DNA of 32,000 nt from Geobacter sulfurreducens PCA (lineage in GTDB: Bacteria; Desulfobacterota; Desulfuromonadia; Geobacterales; Geobacteraceae). Within the stretch, counting starts at the first letter, position 1, and every line of letters starts with the position of its first letter. The translations under genes were made by a program, and so were the position numbers. The stretch lies in contig NC_002939.5 of NCBI RefSeq assembly GCF_000007985.2, positions 1,890,001-1,922,000 on the forward strand. The letters are read 5' to 3'. Shown piece by piece: positions 16,915-25,420 of this stretch. The notes under the pieces were generated by a model. The model saw nothing but the letters and a program-made list of their open reading frames with translations, ran no database searches and was not told the DNA's origin.

Positions 16915-18545
16915 CAGGTGAACTCCTTCCTGGTTTCAATGATGGTGACACTTGAATCGGCGATTTTGACAAAGGCCGTAATCATATCAGCGTAGATGAT
17001 TCCTGCACGAACGGAGCATTTGCCTGCAGAGAGGCGCTTGATGTGTCCGTCGAGCATTGCCTCACGCTGCCGACCCACGTCATCGCGCAGCGACCGGCCC
17101 TGCTCAACGGCATCGGGCGGCGGATTATCCATGGTCTCGACCGCAAGGTCAACGAGCTTTTCCACCGTCCGGGCAAGGTGCCTGATCTCGGTCATGGCGG
17201 CGTTGGAAAAGAGGAGCTTTTCCTCCTTTTTGCGCCTCAGATAGTCAAGGACCGCCTCGCTCTGGTCCGCCACATGTTCCAGTTCACCGATCAACTGGAG
17301 CATGACCGGGATTTCCATTGATGCCTCGGGCGCGAGTTCACGCCGCGACAACGACACGAGAAAATCGGTCAGATCCCGCTGAAGGATATCGACCGCGTTC
17401 TCCTTCTGGCGGATGCCCACAGCCTTTCGGGCATCATAACGGAAAAACTGCTCGACCATTTCAGAATACATGGTCAGGGAGATGCCAGCCATGCGCCTCA
17501 ACTCGCTGCGTGCCTGCAGCAACGCAATCGGAGGTGTATTGAGCACTCGCGGGTCGATGAACACGGTGCGCGCCTCCACGCTGGAAGCCCTCTCGCTGCC
17601 GGGAATGATGCGCGGGGCGGTGCGCGCGAAAAAGCCGATAAGCGGCAGGAAAATCACCGCGCTCATGATGCTGAACAGGGTGTGGGTATTGGCCAGGACC
17701 CGGGAGATGCCGGCGGACGATGCGATATCCTCCGGAGAAATGTAGGTGACAAAGGAAAGGTAGGAGGGGAACACCAGCATCACGACCACGACGGCAAGAA
17801 GGTTCACCATGAAGTAGAAAAAGACCGTCCGCTTCGCTTCAAGCGTTCCCCCGATCGAGGCAAAGGCGGTGATGACAGAGGTGCCGAGGAGTTCACCGAT
17901 CACCATGGCGGCTCCGGTTTCAAAGGATACCAGGCTGCTCCCCGCCAGTGCCATGATCACGGCGATGGCGGTACTACCAGACTGAACGAGCAAGGTGAGC
18001 GTCGCACCGAACAGAACAGCGGCAATCCGCTTGGAAACGAACATGTCCTGGTGGGTGAACACAATGGCGTATTCCTGAAGGGGCTGGAGATTCGACTCCA
18101 TGATGCGAAGCCCGAGGAACAGGAGGCCGGCGCCCAGGATGAGCTCACCGGCGTTCACCCACCTCCGCCTGCGGAGAAAGCAACGCAGGCAGACTCCGAC
18201 GAAAACGGCCGGAAGGGCAAAGGAGCTGATCTTGAAGGCAATGAACTGGACGGCCAGGGTCGTGCCGATGCCGGTTCCCAGGAGAATGCCCAGGGCCTGG
18301 TAGAGAGAAATGAGCCCCGCGTTGATGAAGCCGACCGTGATGATGCACGCGGCGCTGGACGACTGGAGGAGCGACGACAGGGTGCTGCCGAGAAGGGCTG
18401 CGGTCAGTCGGTTTCCGGCAATGCGCTCCAGGTGGCGCCTAAACCGGTCGCCGGCAATCTTCTGGAGTCCCTCGGACATGGTCTTCATGCCGAGGATGAA
18501 AACGCCGAGCCCGCCCAGGGCTTCTAGGATGGAGAGGTACTGCAT
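16914..18545 (-). CDS. Na+/phosphate symporter (NptA family) with C-terminal PhoU-like domain
   Basis: 543 aa. The N-terminal membrane domain has duplicated Na_Pi_cotrans-like repeats (GLGVFILGMKTMSEGLQ..; QSSSAACIITVG / QSGSTAIAVIMA). A C-terminal ~200-aa helical soluble domain follows. Confidence 0.8.
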   Translation of the reverse strand: MQYLSILEALGGLGVFILGMKTMSEGLQKIAGDRFRRHLERIAGNRLTAALLGSTLSSLLQSSSAACIITVGFINAGLISLYQALGILLGTGIGTTLAVQFIAFKISSFALPAVFVGVCLRCFLRRRRWVNAGELILGAGLLFLGLRIMESNLQPLQEYAIVFTHQDMFVSKRIAAVLFGATLTLLVQSGSTAIAVIMALAGSSLVSFETGAAMVIGELLGTSVITAFASIGGTLEAKRTVFFYFMVNLLAVVVVMLVFPSYLSFVTYISPEDIASSAGISRVLANTHTLFSIMSAVIFLPLIGFFARTAPRIIPGSERASSVEARTVFIDPRVLNTPPIALLQARSELRRMAGISLTMYSEMVEQFFRYDARKAVGIRQKENAVDILQRDLTDFLVSLSRRELAPEASMEIPVMLQLIGELEHVADQSEAVLDYLRRKKEEKLLFSNAAMTEIRHLARTVEKLVDLAVETMDNPPPDAVEQGRSLRDDVGRQREAMLDGHIKRLSAGKCSVRAGIIYADMITAFVKIADSSVTIIETRKEFT

Positions 18546-18562
18546 TGGTCCGATGGCGGAGG

Positions 18563-19204
18563 CTACTTGCCGACCGCGAAGGGGAAGAGAAAATCGGGCG
18601 CTACCGACTTCGAGCTGCCGCTGCGGTAGATAAGGAGTTTAACTTCCTTAACCGCCCCGAGATCGATCCGGAAATAGACGAGACCGGTCGACTTTGCTCC
18701 GGGGATCACCGGGTTGGCCGCCAGCGCGCGAGTCTGGATGTCCTGGGGATAGACTTCGTAGTAGTAGGGAAGCTGCGACTCAGTGGTGTTGTAGAAGGAG
18801 GTCCTTTCGTAGTCTTCCAGGTAATAGAACCCGACGTAGGGATATGGGATGAGGTAGTAGGAATCTCGGCTCATCAGCTCCTTGACCTGCTCGGGCGTCA
18901 GAGGGAGGTACTGGCGATTCTCTCCGTCCAGCAACAGGAAGGAACCCGTGTCGAAACCGATTTCCCGCGAGGATTGGTTATCAATGGTGACCACGAAGGC
19001 GGTCACTGTGCCGTCAAGATTGTAGGAGACCATTTCCGTGTTGGAATTTGCCACAGTAATGGATACGCCGTCTTTGGTGACGGTCTGGGAGTTGTCGGAG
19101 AGGTTCACGACTCCCTGCGGGACCTGCAGGGGAACGACTTTGATGCCGCTGCAGCCGGCAAGAAACACTATGGTAATGAGCAACGCGTAAACGTGGGCTT
19201 TCAT
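18563..19204 (-). CDS. Lipoprotein of unknown function, Tyr-rich
   Basis: Start moved to the ATG at 19204, 7 nt after AGGGGG. Lipobox FLAGCSG. I recognise no family. Confidence 0.65.
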   Translation of the reverse strand: MKAHVYALLITIVFLAGCSGIKVVPLQVPQGVVNLSDNSQTVTKDGVSITVANSNTEMVSYNLDGTVTAFVVTIDNQSSREIGFDTGSFLLLDGENRQYLPLTPEQVKELMSRDSYYLIPYPYVGFYYLEDYERTSFYNTTESQLPYYYEVYPQDIQTRALAANPVIPGAKSTGLVYFRIDLGAVKEVKLLIYRSGSSKSVAPDFLFPFAVGK

Positions 19205-19313
19205 GGCAGGACCCCCTGAATGGCTGGCGAACAGGAAAGAGTGTAGCATGTTTCGGCCCGGCTGTCCCTGCGAGATTGCCGGCTGAGAATGGATACCCGA
19301 TTGTCCGTGCGGT

Positions 19314-19757
19314 TTACGGTTGGGACGAAGTACCGGCCCGCGACACATGCACTGCCGTAAAATCATCGGGAAGCGTCAGGATACGGATGAATTCACGTCC
19401 TTTGCCCGTTGGTTCGGGTGCCGCGGCAAGAAGTATATCCCGGGAGAGGGAGTGACTGCGGCGGAGGTATTTTTCAGCCATCATGGCGAGGTTGAGGGAA
19501 TTACGCGCCCGCTCCTCGTCACTGCCTCCCCGGCGTGCGCCCCCTTCGATCATGATGATGCGCCGGCCATCCCGGGCAGCTACCCGGGCTGCCGCAGCGT
19601 CCAGCTGTTTGCGGACGGAGCGGTCCAGGCTGAACGTCTCGCCCGAGGAACGTATGAATGCGACCTCTTCTCTCGGCTGCTTCTCAGCCGCAAAAGCGGG
19701 GGCGCCGGTGAGCACACCGAGGGCTATAACCAAACATGCAGGTATGAGTCGTCTCAT
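19314..19757 (-). CDS. Secreted protein of unknown function, possibly a degenerate OmpA_C-like fold
   Basis: Signal peptide MRRLIPACLVIALGVLTGAPAFA-AE. The start lies 4 nt after the upstream stop. The spacing of LD..A..V....RIIMIEGGA.....EERARNSLNLAMMAEKYL resembles OmpA_C, but the GHTD and N..LS..RA residues are substituted. Confidence 0.5.
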   Translation of the reverse strand: MRRLIPACLVIALGVLTGAPAFAAEKQPREEVAFIRSSGETFSLDRSVRKQLDAAAARVAARDGRRIIMIEGGARRGGSDEERARNSLNLAMMAEKYLRRSHSLSRDILLAAAPEPTGKGREFIRILTLPDDFTAVHVSRAGTSSQP

Positions 19758-19761
19758 GGAT

Positions 19762-21336
19762 TTACTCGTCCTTGGGGATCAGAAACAGTATCTCGCCCCG
19801 GCGATTGAGTTTTCTCCCTTCGGCAGTCTTGTTGTCGCCAATGGGCTTTGACTTGCCGAGCCCCTTGACAAAGAGGCGGGACGGGTCGATCCCTTCGCGG
19901 GCAATGAGATAGCTGGCCACTGAAATGGCACGTTTGAGCGATAAATCCATGTTGTAGCCGACCGAGCCGATGTTGTCCGCATGCCCGTCGATTCGGAGAT
20001 AAACCCACCGTTTGTCCCTGCGAATCTGCTCGGCAACCTCGGAAAGGGCCTTTTTCCCTTCGGCGGAAAGGCTCCACTGATCGAAATCGAAGGATACGTC
20101 CGGAAAGCGGAACTTGCGGTAGACGGTCATTGCTTCCGGAATATTCTCGTGCACGGCTGATGCCACCTGGAAATTCTGTCCCTTGACGTCGACACTGTAC
20201 AGCGGGGTAACGCCTTCCAGTCTGCTCAGCGTGTATTCAAGGGCCACATTCTCGTACCCGTCCACGGACCGGGTGGCCAGGCGCACCTCTTCTCCCCCCT
20301 GCCCCAGTGCAACCTCTTCGGATGCGGCAGCCACCGCAACGGGCGCATTGGCGGCCTGGGCGGCAAGAGTCACCTTCCCGTACGGCTTGATAACAACATC
20401 TTCCTTGTCCTGACCAAGGGGGACCTCAAGCTTGCTGACCGGAGCAGGCTGGGAAAGGGAGCTGATCAGGAGGGGGGAAATCGGAATGATCTTTCTGATC
20501 TTCACTGGTTCTTGCTTCTTTTGCTTTTCTTCCTCGAAATCACCGCCTCCCAGTCGAGGGACCGGCTTGATGTAGGTACCGACGCCTTGACATGCCGTGA
20601 GCCCGGCCACGGCGCGCCAGTCGGGGCTGGCATCGGAAAGACCGAGCCCGCCGGCAAGATTGAGGGTGAGATGCGGCGAGATGTAGTACTGGAATCCGAG
20701 GAGCCCCTCCAGGGGAGCGTCTTGATCTGCGAAGCGTCCGGTGCTTCCCGTCAACTCTGCCGTAAGCCTCAGGCGGGTTGCGGGCGTATAGTCGATGCCG
20801 AAACCGTAGAGGATTTCATCATCAACCGACCTGTTGGCATAAGAGCCAGCGAAGAGGTAGCCCAGATTGCCGTGCACGCCGAGTTGTTCGGAGGAATAGG
20901 AGGTGATGAGTCGGCCGCCGCCGTGGGTTGTTCCATCCACGTCGGGGTCTTCGGAGATCTGCCGCTGTACGAAGAGATCGACTGCAGCCTTCAGGGGGGA
21001 GCTTCTCTTGCCGAGAAAGCGAAGTTTGGTTCCTATTTCGGCGTAGCCCCGATCGGTCTTGTCCTCATCGCCGTTGAACAGCAGGTTCGGATAGTTGCCG
21101 TATATTTCCCAGAACGAGCCTATGCCGAGCGTGAGCGACGCGGGGAGGGTCAGGGCGTTATCCGCCTGCGTACCGGTGCCTATCCCCCACAGACCGACGC
21201 AGATGTTGCCCGCGTCGAGGGTTTCGGCCGACGGGACCGTGATGAGTCCCGTCTCGCCGCTGGTGGACGGATTAGCAAAAACCTCCGAGGCGAGCAGCGA
21301 GAGGAAGATTGTAAGAATTACCCGAAGTCTCTGCAT
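19762..21336 (-). CDS. Outer-membrane protein: N-terminal beta-barrel-like domain, long linker, C-terminal OmpA/MotB peptidoglycan-binding domain
   Basis: Signal peptide MQRLRVILTIFLSLLASEVFA. About 240 aa show an alternating beta-strand pattern. The C-terminus LRIDGHADNIGSVGYNMDLSLKRAISVASYL...RRGEILF is a canonical OmpA_C. Confidence 0.8.
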   Translation of the reverse strand: MQRLRVILTIFLSLLASEVFANPSTSGETGLITVPSAETLDAGNICVGLWGIGTGTQADNALTLPASLTLGIGSFWEIYGNYPNLLFNGDEDKTDRGYAEIGTKLRFLGKRSSPLKAAVDLFVQRQISEDPDVDGTTHGGGRLITSYSSEQLGVHGNLGYLFAGSYANRSVDDEILYGFGIDYTPATRLRLTAELTGSTGRFADQDAPLEGLLGFQYYISPHLTLNLAGGLGLSDASPDWRAVAGLTACQGVGTYIKPVPRLGGGDFEEEKQKKQEPVKIRKIIPISPLLISSLSQPAPVSKLEVPLGQDKEDVVIKPYGKVTLAAQAANAPVAVAAASEEVALGQGGEEVRLATRSVDGYENVALEYTLSRLEGVTPLYSVDVKGQNFQVASAVHENIPEAMTVYRKFRFPDVSFDFDQWSLSAEGKKALSEVAEQIRRDKRWVYLRIDGHADNIGSVGYNMDLSLKRAISVASYLIAREGIDPSRLFVKGLGKSKPIGDNKTAEGRKLNRRGEILFLIPKDE

Positions 21337-21408
21337 TAAGAGGTGTCATCCGGAACGCTGACCAGTAGAGGTTATGATCACCTGCTCGCCAAAAAGGAGA
21401 AGCTGCAA

Positions 21409-21687
21409 TCACTTGCCGTCAACGCGCTCCTTCAGCTCCTTGCCGACCTTGAAAAATGGAAGTTTCTTGGGTTTGACCTCAATGGGTTCGCCGGTCTTGG
21501 GGTTACGCCCCGTATAGGACTTGTAATCCTTGACGACAAAACTCCCGAAACCGCGAATCTCGATTCGCTCATTGCGGATCATCGCACTGCTCATTGAATC
21601 GAATACGATATTGACGACTTCTTCGGCCTTTTTGTAGGTAAGGCCCTTCTCCGCCGCCAACGCCTCAATCAGTTCGGATTTGTTCAT
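21409..21687 (-). CDS. ihfB: Integration host factor beta-like / HU-family DNA-bending protein
   Basis: ATG at 21687 (MNKSELIEALA...) sits 6 nt after GAGGAGG. RIEIRGFGSF and GRNPKTGE motifs. 92 aa. Confidence 0.8.
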   Translation of the reverse strand: MNKSELIEALAAEKGLTYKKAEEVVNIVFDSMSSAMIRNERIEIRGFGSFVVKDYKSYTGRNPKTGEPIEVKPKKLPFFKVGKELKERVDGK

Positions 21688-21808
21688 TCCCGTCCTCCTC
21701 AATAAAGTGAATAAACTACGATCTGCATCGCATGAAAGCGAGAACAGTATCCGTTACTATCTCTTCGGCGGGCGGGAACGAAACTTTACCGATGAAGTCG
21801 AAATAATT

Positions 21809-22834
21809 TCAGCAACATCGCAGTTGTTTCGCCACGTACGCTGCGTCAGCGTGACGTCCGCTCGCCTCGAGCATTGGTACAAGCCGTTGCGCGGCCTCCT
21901 TTTTCAGTGCGCCGCCAAGGAGACGGGAGTAATGCTCAATGGCCGCATCATGCTCTCCCCGGGCCTGACGAAGATCTCCCAGGAACAATTCAGACTGTTC
22001 GGGGAGGATGCCCCGTTGGAGCATACTCTCCAACAGCGCAATCGCCTCATCAAAGCGGCTGCTCTCGGCCAGAAACTGGACAAGCCCCAGGTTGCCGAGA
22101 GGATTTTCCTCATTGAGCTGCAAACAACGGCGCAACAGCGCTTCACACCGTCTGCGGTCTCCCTCGCGGTGCGAGAGAAGAGATAGTTCGTAGAGGAGCA
22201 CATCGTTTTCGCCCTGGGCCAGAAGACGCTCAAAGATGACCCATGCCGTGCCGAGGTCTCCTTCGTGTGCAGCCAAATAGCCCTTTGCAAATTCCTTTCC
22301 CAAACTGAGATAACGCTCCGGCAAATCGCCCGGCAAGGGGCGAACCAAGAGCTCAAACCGGTCAGACTCTGAGAGACCGTCTTCAGAAATCTCCGCAGAA
22401 TCACTGGGATGGCAACTCGAGGATGAGCATCCCCCGCCACAGCCCTTTGAGTGGACATGCTTGGCCGGCTGGGGAGTCGATTCCTGTGAGGAGAGCAACG
22501 AGGAGAGAAGTTTTTCCGTCTTTTCCCGTATGGTTACGTCATCTGCCAACTCAAGTGACAAATTAAGGTGATCCTCGGCCTTGTGCATGTCACCCCCCCG
22601 GATGCAAGCCTCGGCCTCCGCGATGTTGGCTTCTGCCAGCCGGTTGCCGGCTATGGCCATCTTTTCTCTGATGGCCGTCGATAGGGCGGCGGATGACGGA
22701 TCGGATGCGTCGAGAGCCTCCAGCGCATCATCAAATGCTACCCGTGCATCGGCGTAACGTCCGGCAGCGAGAAACTTGTCCCCCTTTTCCATACAGCTGG
22801 CGGGATCTTTGCGAAACAGCTTCTTGAAAAACAT
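21809..22834 (-). CDS. TPR-repeat protein with a central His/Cys-rich segment
   Basis: 341 aa. TPR-like A/L/Y/G periodicity occurs in both halves (KGDKFLAAGRYADARVAFDDALE; GDLGTAWVIFERLLAQ; RFDEAIALLESMLQ). The centre is HVHSKGCGGGCSSSSCH. SD GGGAGG. Confidence 0.7.
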   Translation of the reverse strand: MFFKKLFRKDPASCMEKGDKFLAAGRYADARVAFDDALEALDASDPSSAALSTAIREKMAIAGNRLAEANIAEAEACIRGGDMHKAEDHLNLSLELADDVTIREKTEKLLSSLLSSQESTPQPAKHVHSKGCGGGCSSSSCHPSDSAEISEDGLSESDRFELLVRPLPGDLPERYLSLGKEFAKGYLAAHEGDLGTAWVIFERLLAQGENDVLLYELSLLSHREGDRRRCEALLRRCLQLNEENPLGNLGLVQFLAESSRFDEAIALLESMLQRGILPEQSELFLGDLRQARGEHDAAIEHYSRLLGGALKKEAAQRLVPMLEASGRHADAAYVAKQLRCC

Positions 22835-22925
22835 GACTACCTCCCGAAAAATCTTCTTTGATGTCGTACCTAAAAGAAAATAGCTGACCGACCGGAGTCG
22901 AGCCGTTACTGTGTAACGTGTAACG

Positions 22926-24242
22926 TCAGGAGCGTATCAGGAGCGTTACGCTCTCTATGTGGTAGGTCTGAGGAAACATATCGACGCCATGGCTGCCGAC
23001 TACGCGGTATCCAGCCTTGCGCAGCACTCCGAGATCGCGTCCGAGCGTCGGCGGATCACAGGAGACGTACACGATACGTTCCGGAGCCAGTATCGCCACC
23101 TCGCCGACCGCATCCCGGGCACCGGTCCGGGGGGGATCCAGGATGACCGTATCGAAATGCTCACCCGCAGCTCTCAGGCGGCGGGTGCCGTCGGCGGCGT
23201 CGATGGCGATAAACTCCACATCACCGATCCCATTGAAGTCCGCGTTTTTCCGCGCGTCGTCAATTGACGGCCCGTAGTCCTCGACTCCAACGAGCTGAGC
23301 TCCGCCGGACGCCAGGGGAAGCGAAAAATTACCGTTGCCGCAAAACAGATCGAGCACCCGTCGGCCGGGCCCCACTCCGGCCAGGTGCAAAGCTTTGCTC
23401 ACCAGCACCCGGTTCTGGCGATAATTTACCTGGGAGAACCCTCCCCTCCTGAACGACAGGGACAGGGGGCGCCCCTGATCGCCCAGCCCAGGAACGGTAT
23501 ACGACAGTGAATCGACTCCCCAGACGTGCATGATGGAATCCTTGCGCCCGCACTGGAGATGAATGCCGGTCACCGAAGCCAGATGAGGCTGGATCGAGCG
23601 AAAAAAGTCGGCGGCTCGACCGGGATTGTCTCCGATATAGTGTACGACCAGAAGAACGTGTCCGTCTTCGCCGGTTGCAGCGTCAATCTGGGGAATCTTG
23701 TCCGGTTCGGAGAAATCCGGCAGAACCAATCTCAGGTCCCGCAGGGTCAGATTGATGGCGGGGTCACAGATGACGCATTCCGCGGGCGCATCGATCACAT
23801 AGTGAGATCCCCTGCGATAAAAGCCCATGTGCAGGCGCCCGCCGCTCCACCGTATCTTGAACTGAGCCCGGCACCGATAGCCAAAGGGATTATCCGCAAC
23901 GGCAAAGGGGGCGACGGCGTCCCGTTCGACCCGTCCGAAACGCCACAGAGTATCGACGAAGATGCGCTCTTTGGCTTCCGCCTGGGCATCGTAGCGCAGG
24001 TGCTGCCATGAACACCCGCCACAGATCCCGAAGACCGGGCACGGCGGTGCGATGCGGTCGGGTGAGGGCTCAAGAATCTCAAGTGTCTCGCCCTCAAGAT
24101 AAGACGGTTTGTCAACAGCAACCCGGATGCGGACGAGGTCGCCCGGAGCGGTAAACGGCACGAAGCAGGCTTTGCCCTCAAGTCGCCCGAAACCTGCCCC
24201 GCCGAAGGCGAGGGATTCAATGCGGATACGCGCCTCAGTCAT
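22926..24242 (-). CDS. rlmD: 23S rRNA (uracil-5-)-methyltransferase, RlmD/RumA family
   Basis: ATG at 24242 (MTEARIRIE...). N-terminal TRAM-like domain, Fe-S Cys set [17 protein letters not shown] motif [16 protein letters not shown], and catalytic YVSCDPPT. Confidence 0.85.
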
Positions 24243-24633
24243 GGCCGGAAACAAGGAACCCTGGCGCCTTCAGCCGTTTGCTGCGGGCGCGTTCCAGCTC
24301 CGATTGAACGAACCGTATCGGAAAAGCAGAAGATGAAACATATCCAAGCGAATGGTTCATAAAATGCGCCATCAGCTGCTGCTTCACGTCGTCCGCCAAA
24401 GAAGTGGGAACCCCCATCTGCTCAACGAAACGGCGGTAACTTACGTCATCGCCCAGAAGGCGGCGTGCGTCTTCGAAAGCAGTAAAATCCTGAAAATGAG
24501 AGACATCGAGCCGGATTTCACAGAGGATTTCCAGCCGCACCAAGTGAAAATCACCGAAATAATGACGTGTATGGTCCAGAAAGCGAACCGTGAGACCATT
24601 CTGGAGGGGAACTTCGCGTAATATCGTAGCCAT
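24235..24633 (-). CDS. Hypothetical protein, translationally coupled to rlmD
   Basis: 132-aa ORF from the ATG at 24633 ([16 protein letters not shown]...). Its stop overlaps the rlmD start by 8 nt. I see no recognisable motif and the start is uncertain (alternative ATG at 24684). Confidence 0.5.
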
Positions 24634-24914
24634 AGTGTATGAAACTGACCTTCGTTGGAGATCTCGTGATGACGCATTGAGCATAATACGCCTGACCCAT
24701 TGAAGTAAAGGTGATAATCCGACGCAAGGCCACCTCGGCAGCACCATTCCGGCCGCAGATCAGGACAGGGCTTCGAATCGGCTTTCCGGCCGGTTGGCGA
24801 TGCCGCAAAGCCCGCACCGGCTTGAAAAACGGCTTGCATTTTAATACAGCAGCGGGTACTCTAACAAAGTTTGAAACGAATCCATCATCCGCGCCAAGGA
24901 GCAGTGGTCACCCC

Positions 24915-25133
24915 ATGAGCAAAGAAGAAGCAATTGAAGTAGAAGGCACCGTCATCGAACCCCTCCCGAACGCCATGTTCAGGGTAGAGCTCGAAAATGG
25001 ACACGTGGTGCTTGCCCACATTTCGGGAAAGATGCGCAAGTACTTCATCAAGATACTTCCGGGCGACAAGGTCACGGTAGAGCTTTCACCCTATGACCTT
25101 ACACGTGGTCGCATAACCTATCGCGCCAAATAG
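24915..25133 (+). CDS. infA: Translation initiation factor IF-1
   Basis: 72 aa: [72 protein letters not shown]. This is a near-universal IF-1 sequence. Confidence 0.97.
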   Translation: MSKEEAIEVEGTVIEPLPNAMFRVELENGHVVLAHISGKMRKYFIKILPGDKVTVELSPYDLTRGRITYRAK

Positions 25134-25140
25134 CAACAGC

Positions 25141-25165
25141 CCGCCCCGGGGGGCGTCAGGCCCCC
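25141..25165 (+). terminator. GC-rich alternative hairpins just after infA (possible U-tract-less terminator)
   Basis: The palindrome CGCCCCGGGGGGCG (25141-25154) overlaps a second hairpin GGGGGC-GUCAG-GCCCCC (25148-25164). No T-run follows. Confidence 0.3.
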
Positions 25166-25345
25166 TCACGTGTCAGCTCACCCTTCATTGCGCCGTATCC
25201 CCGATGACCTCCTGCCACGGTGGTATCCCAGGTGTCGGATAACAGAGCTCCCTCTCCCGTCCTGTCGCTATCTGTTCTGTTCGTCCTCATAACGGGAATC
25301 AATGCTCAAAGTCGATGGACAGGTGCCGGGAACTGTATTTTTTTC

Positions 25346-25374
25346 TTAACAACCGTTGGATTTTAGGATAAAAA
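25346..25374 (+). promoter_or_regulatory. Weak candidate promoter for efp
   Basis: TTAACA (25346-25351), a 17-nt spacer, then TAAAAA (25369-25374), in an AT-rich stretch 47 nt before the efp ATG. Confidence 0.2.
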
Positions 25375-25420
25375 GTACCATTTTGGACTACATACCCACC
25401 ACGAAAAGAGGATAGTATCT

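Noticed and set aside
21375-21392. A possible sigma54 -24/-12 element (TTGGCGAGCAGGTGATCA on the minus strand) upstream of the barrel-OmpA gene.
   Set aside because: The GG is present, but the position 10 nt downstream reads GA rather than the required GC, so the spacing and consensus fail.
21337-21808. Intrinsic terminators or promoters around the ihfB-like gene.
   Set aside because: I found only 4-5 bp stems with no U-tracts and no convincing -35/-10 pair, so there is nothing I can support.
22409-22426. CSSSSCH in the TPR protein read as a CX4CH c-type haem-attachment motif, as in some cytochromes c3.
   Set aside because: The protein has no signal peptide or membrane anchor, so it should not reach the periplasmic haem-lyase machinery. 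A generic metal or redox site is more plausible.
24822-24862. Promoter candidates upstream of infA (TTGAAA, TTGCAT, TTTAAT, TACTCT).
   Set aside because: No pairing gives both acceptable hexamers and a 16-18 nt spacer. TTGAAA/TTTAAT are 12 nt apart, and TTGCAT-17 nt-TACTCT has a poor -10. I left it uncalled.
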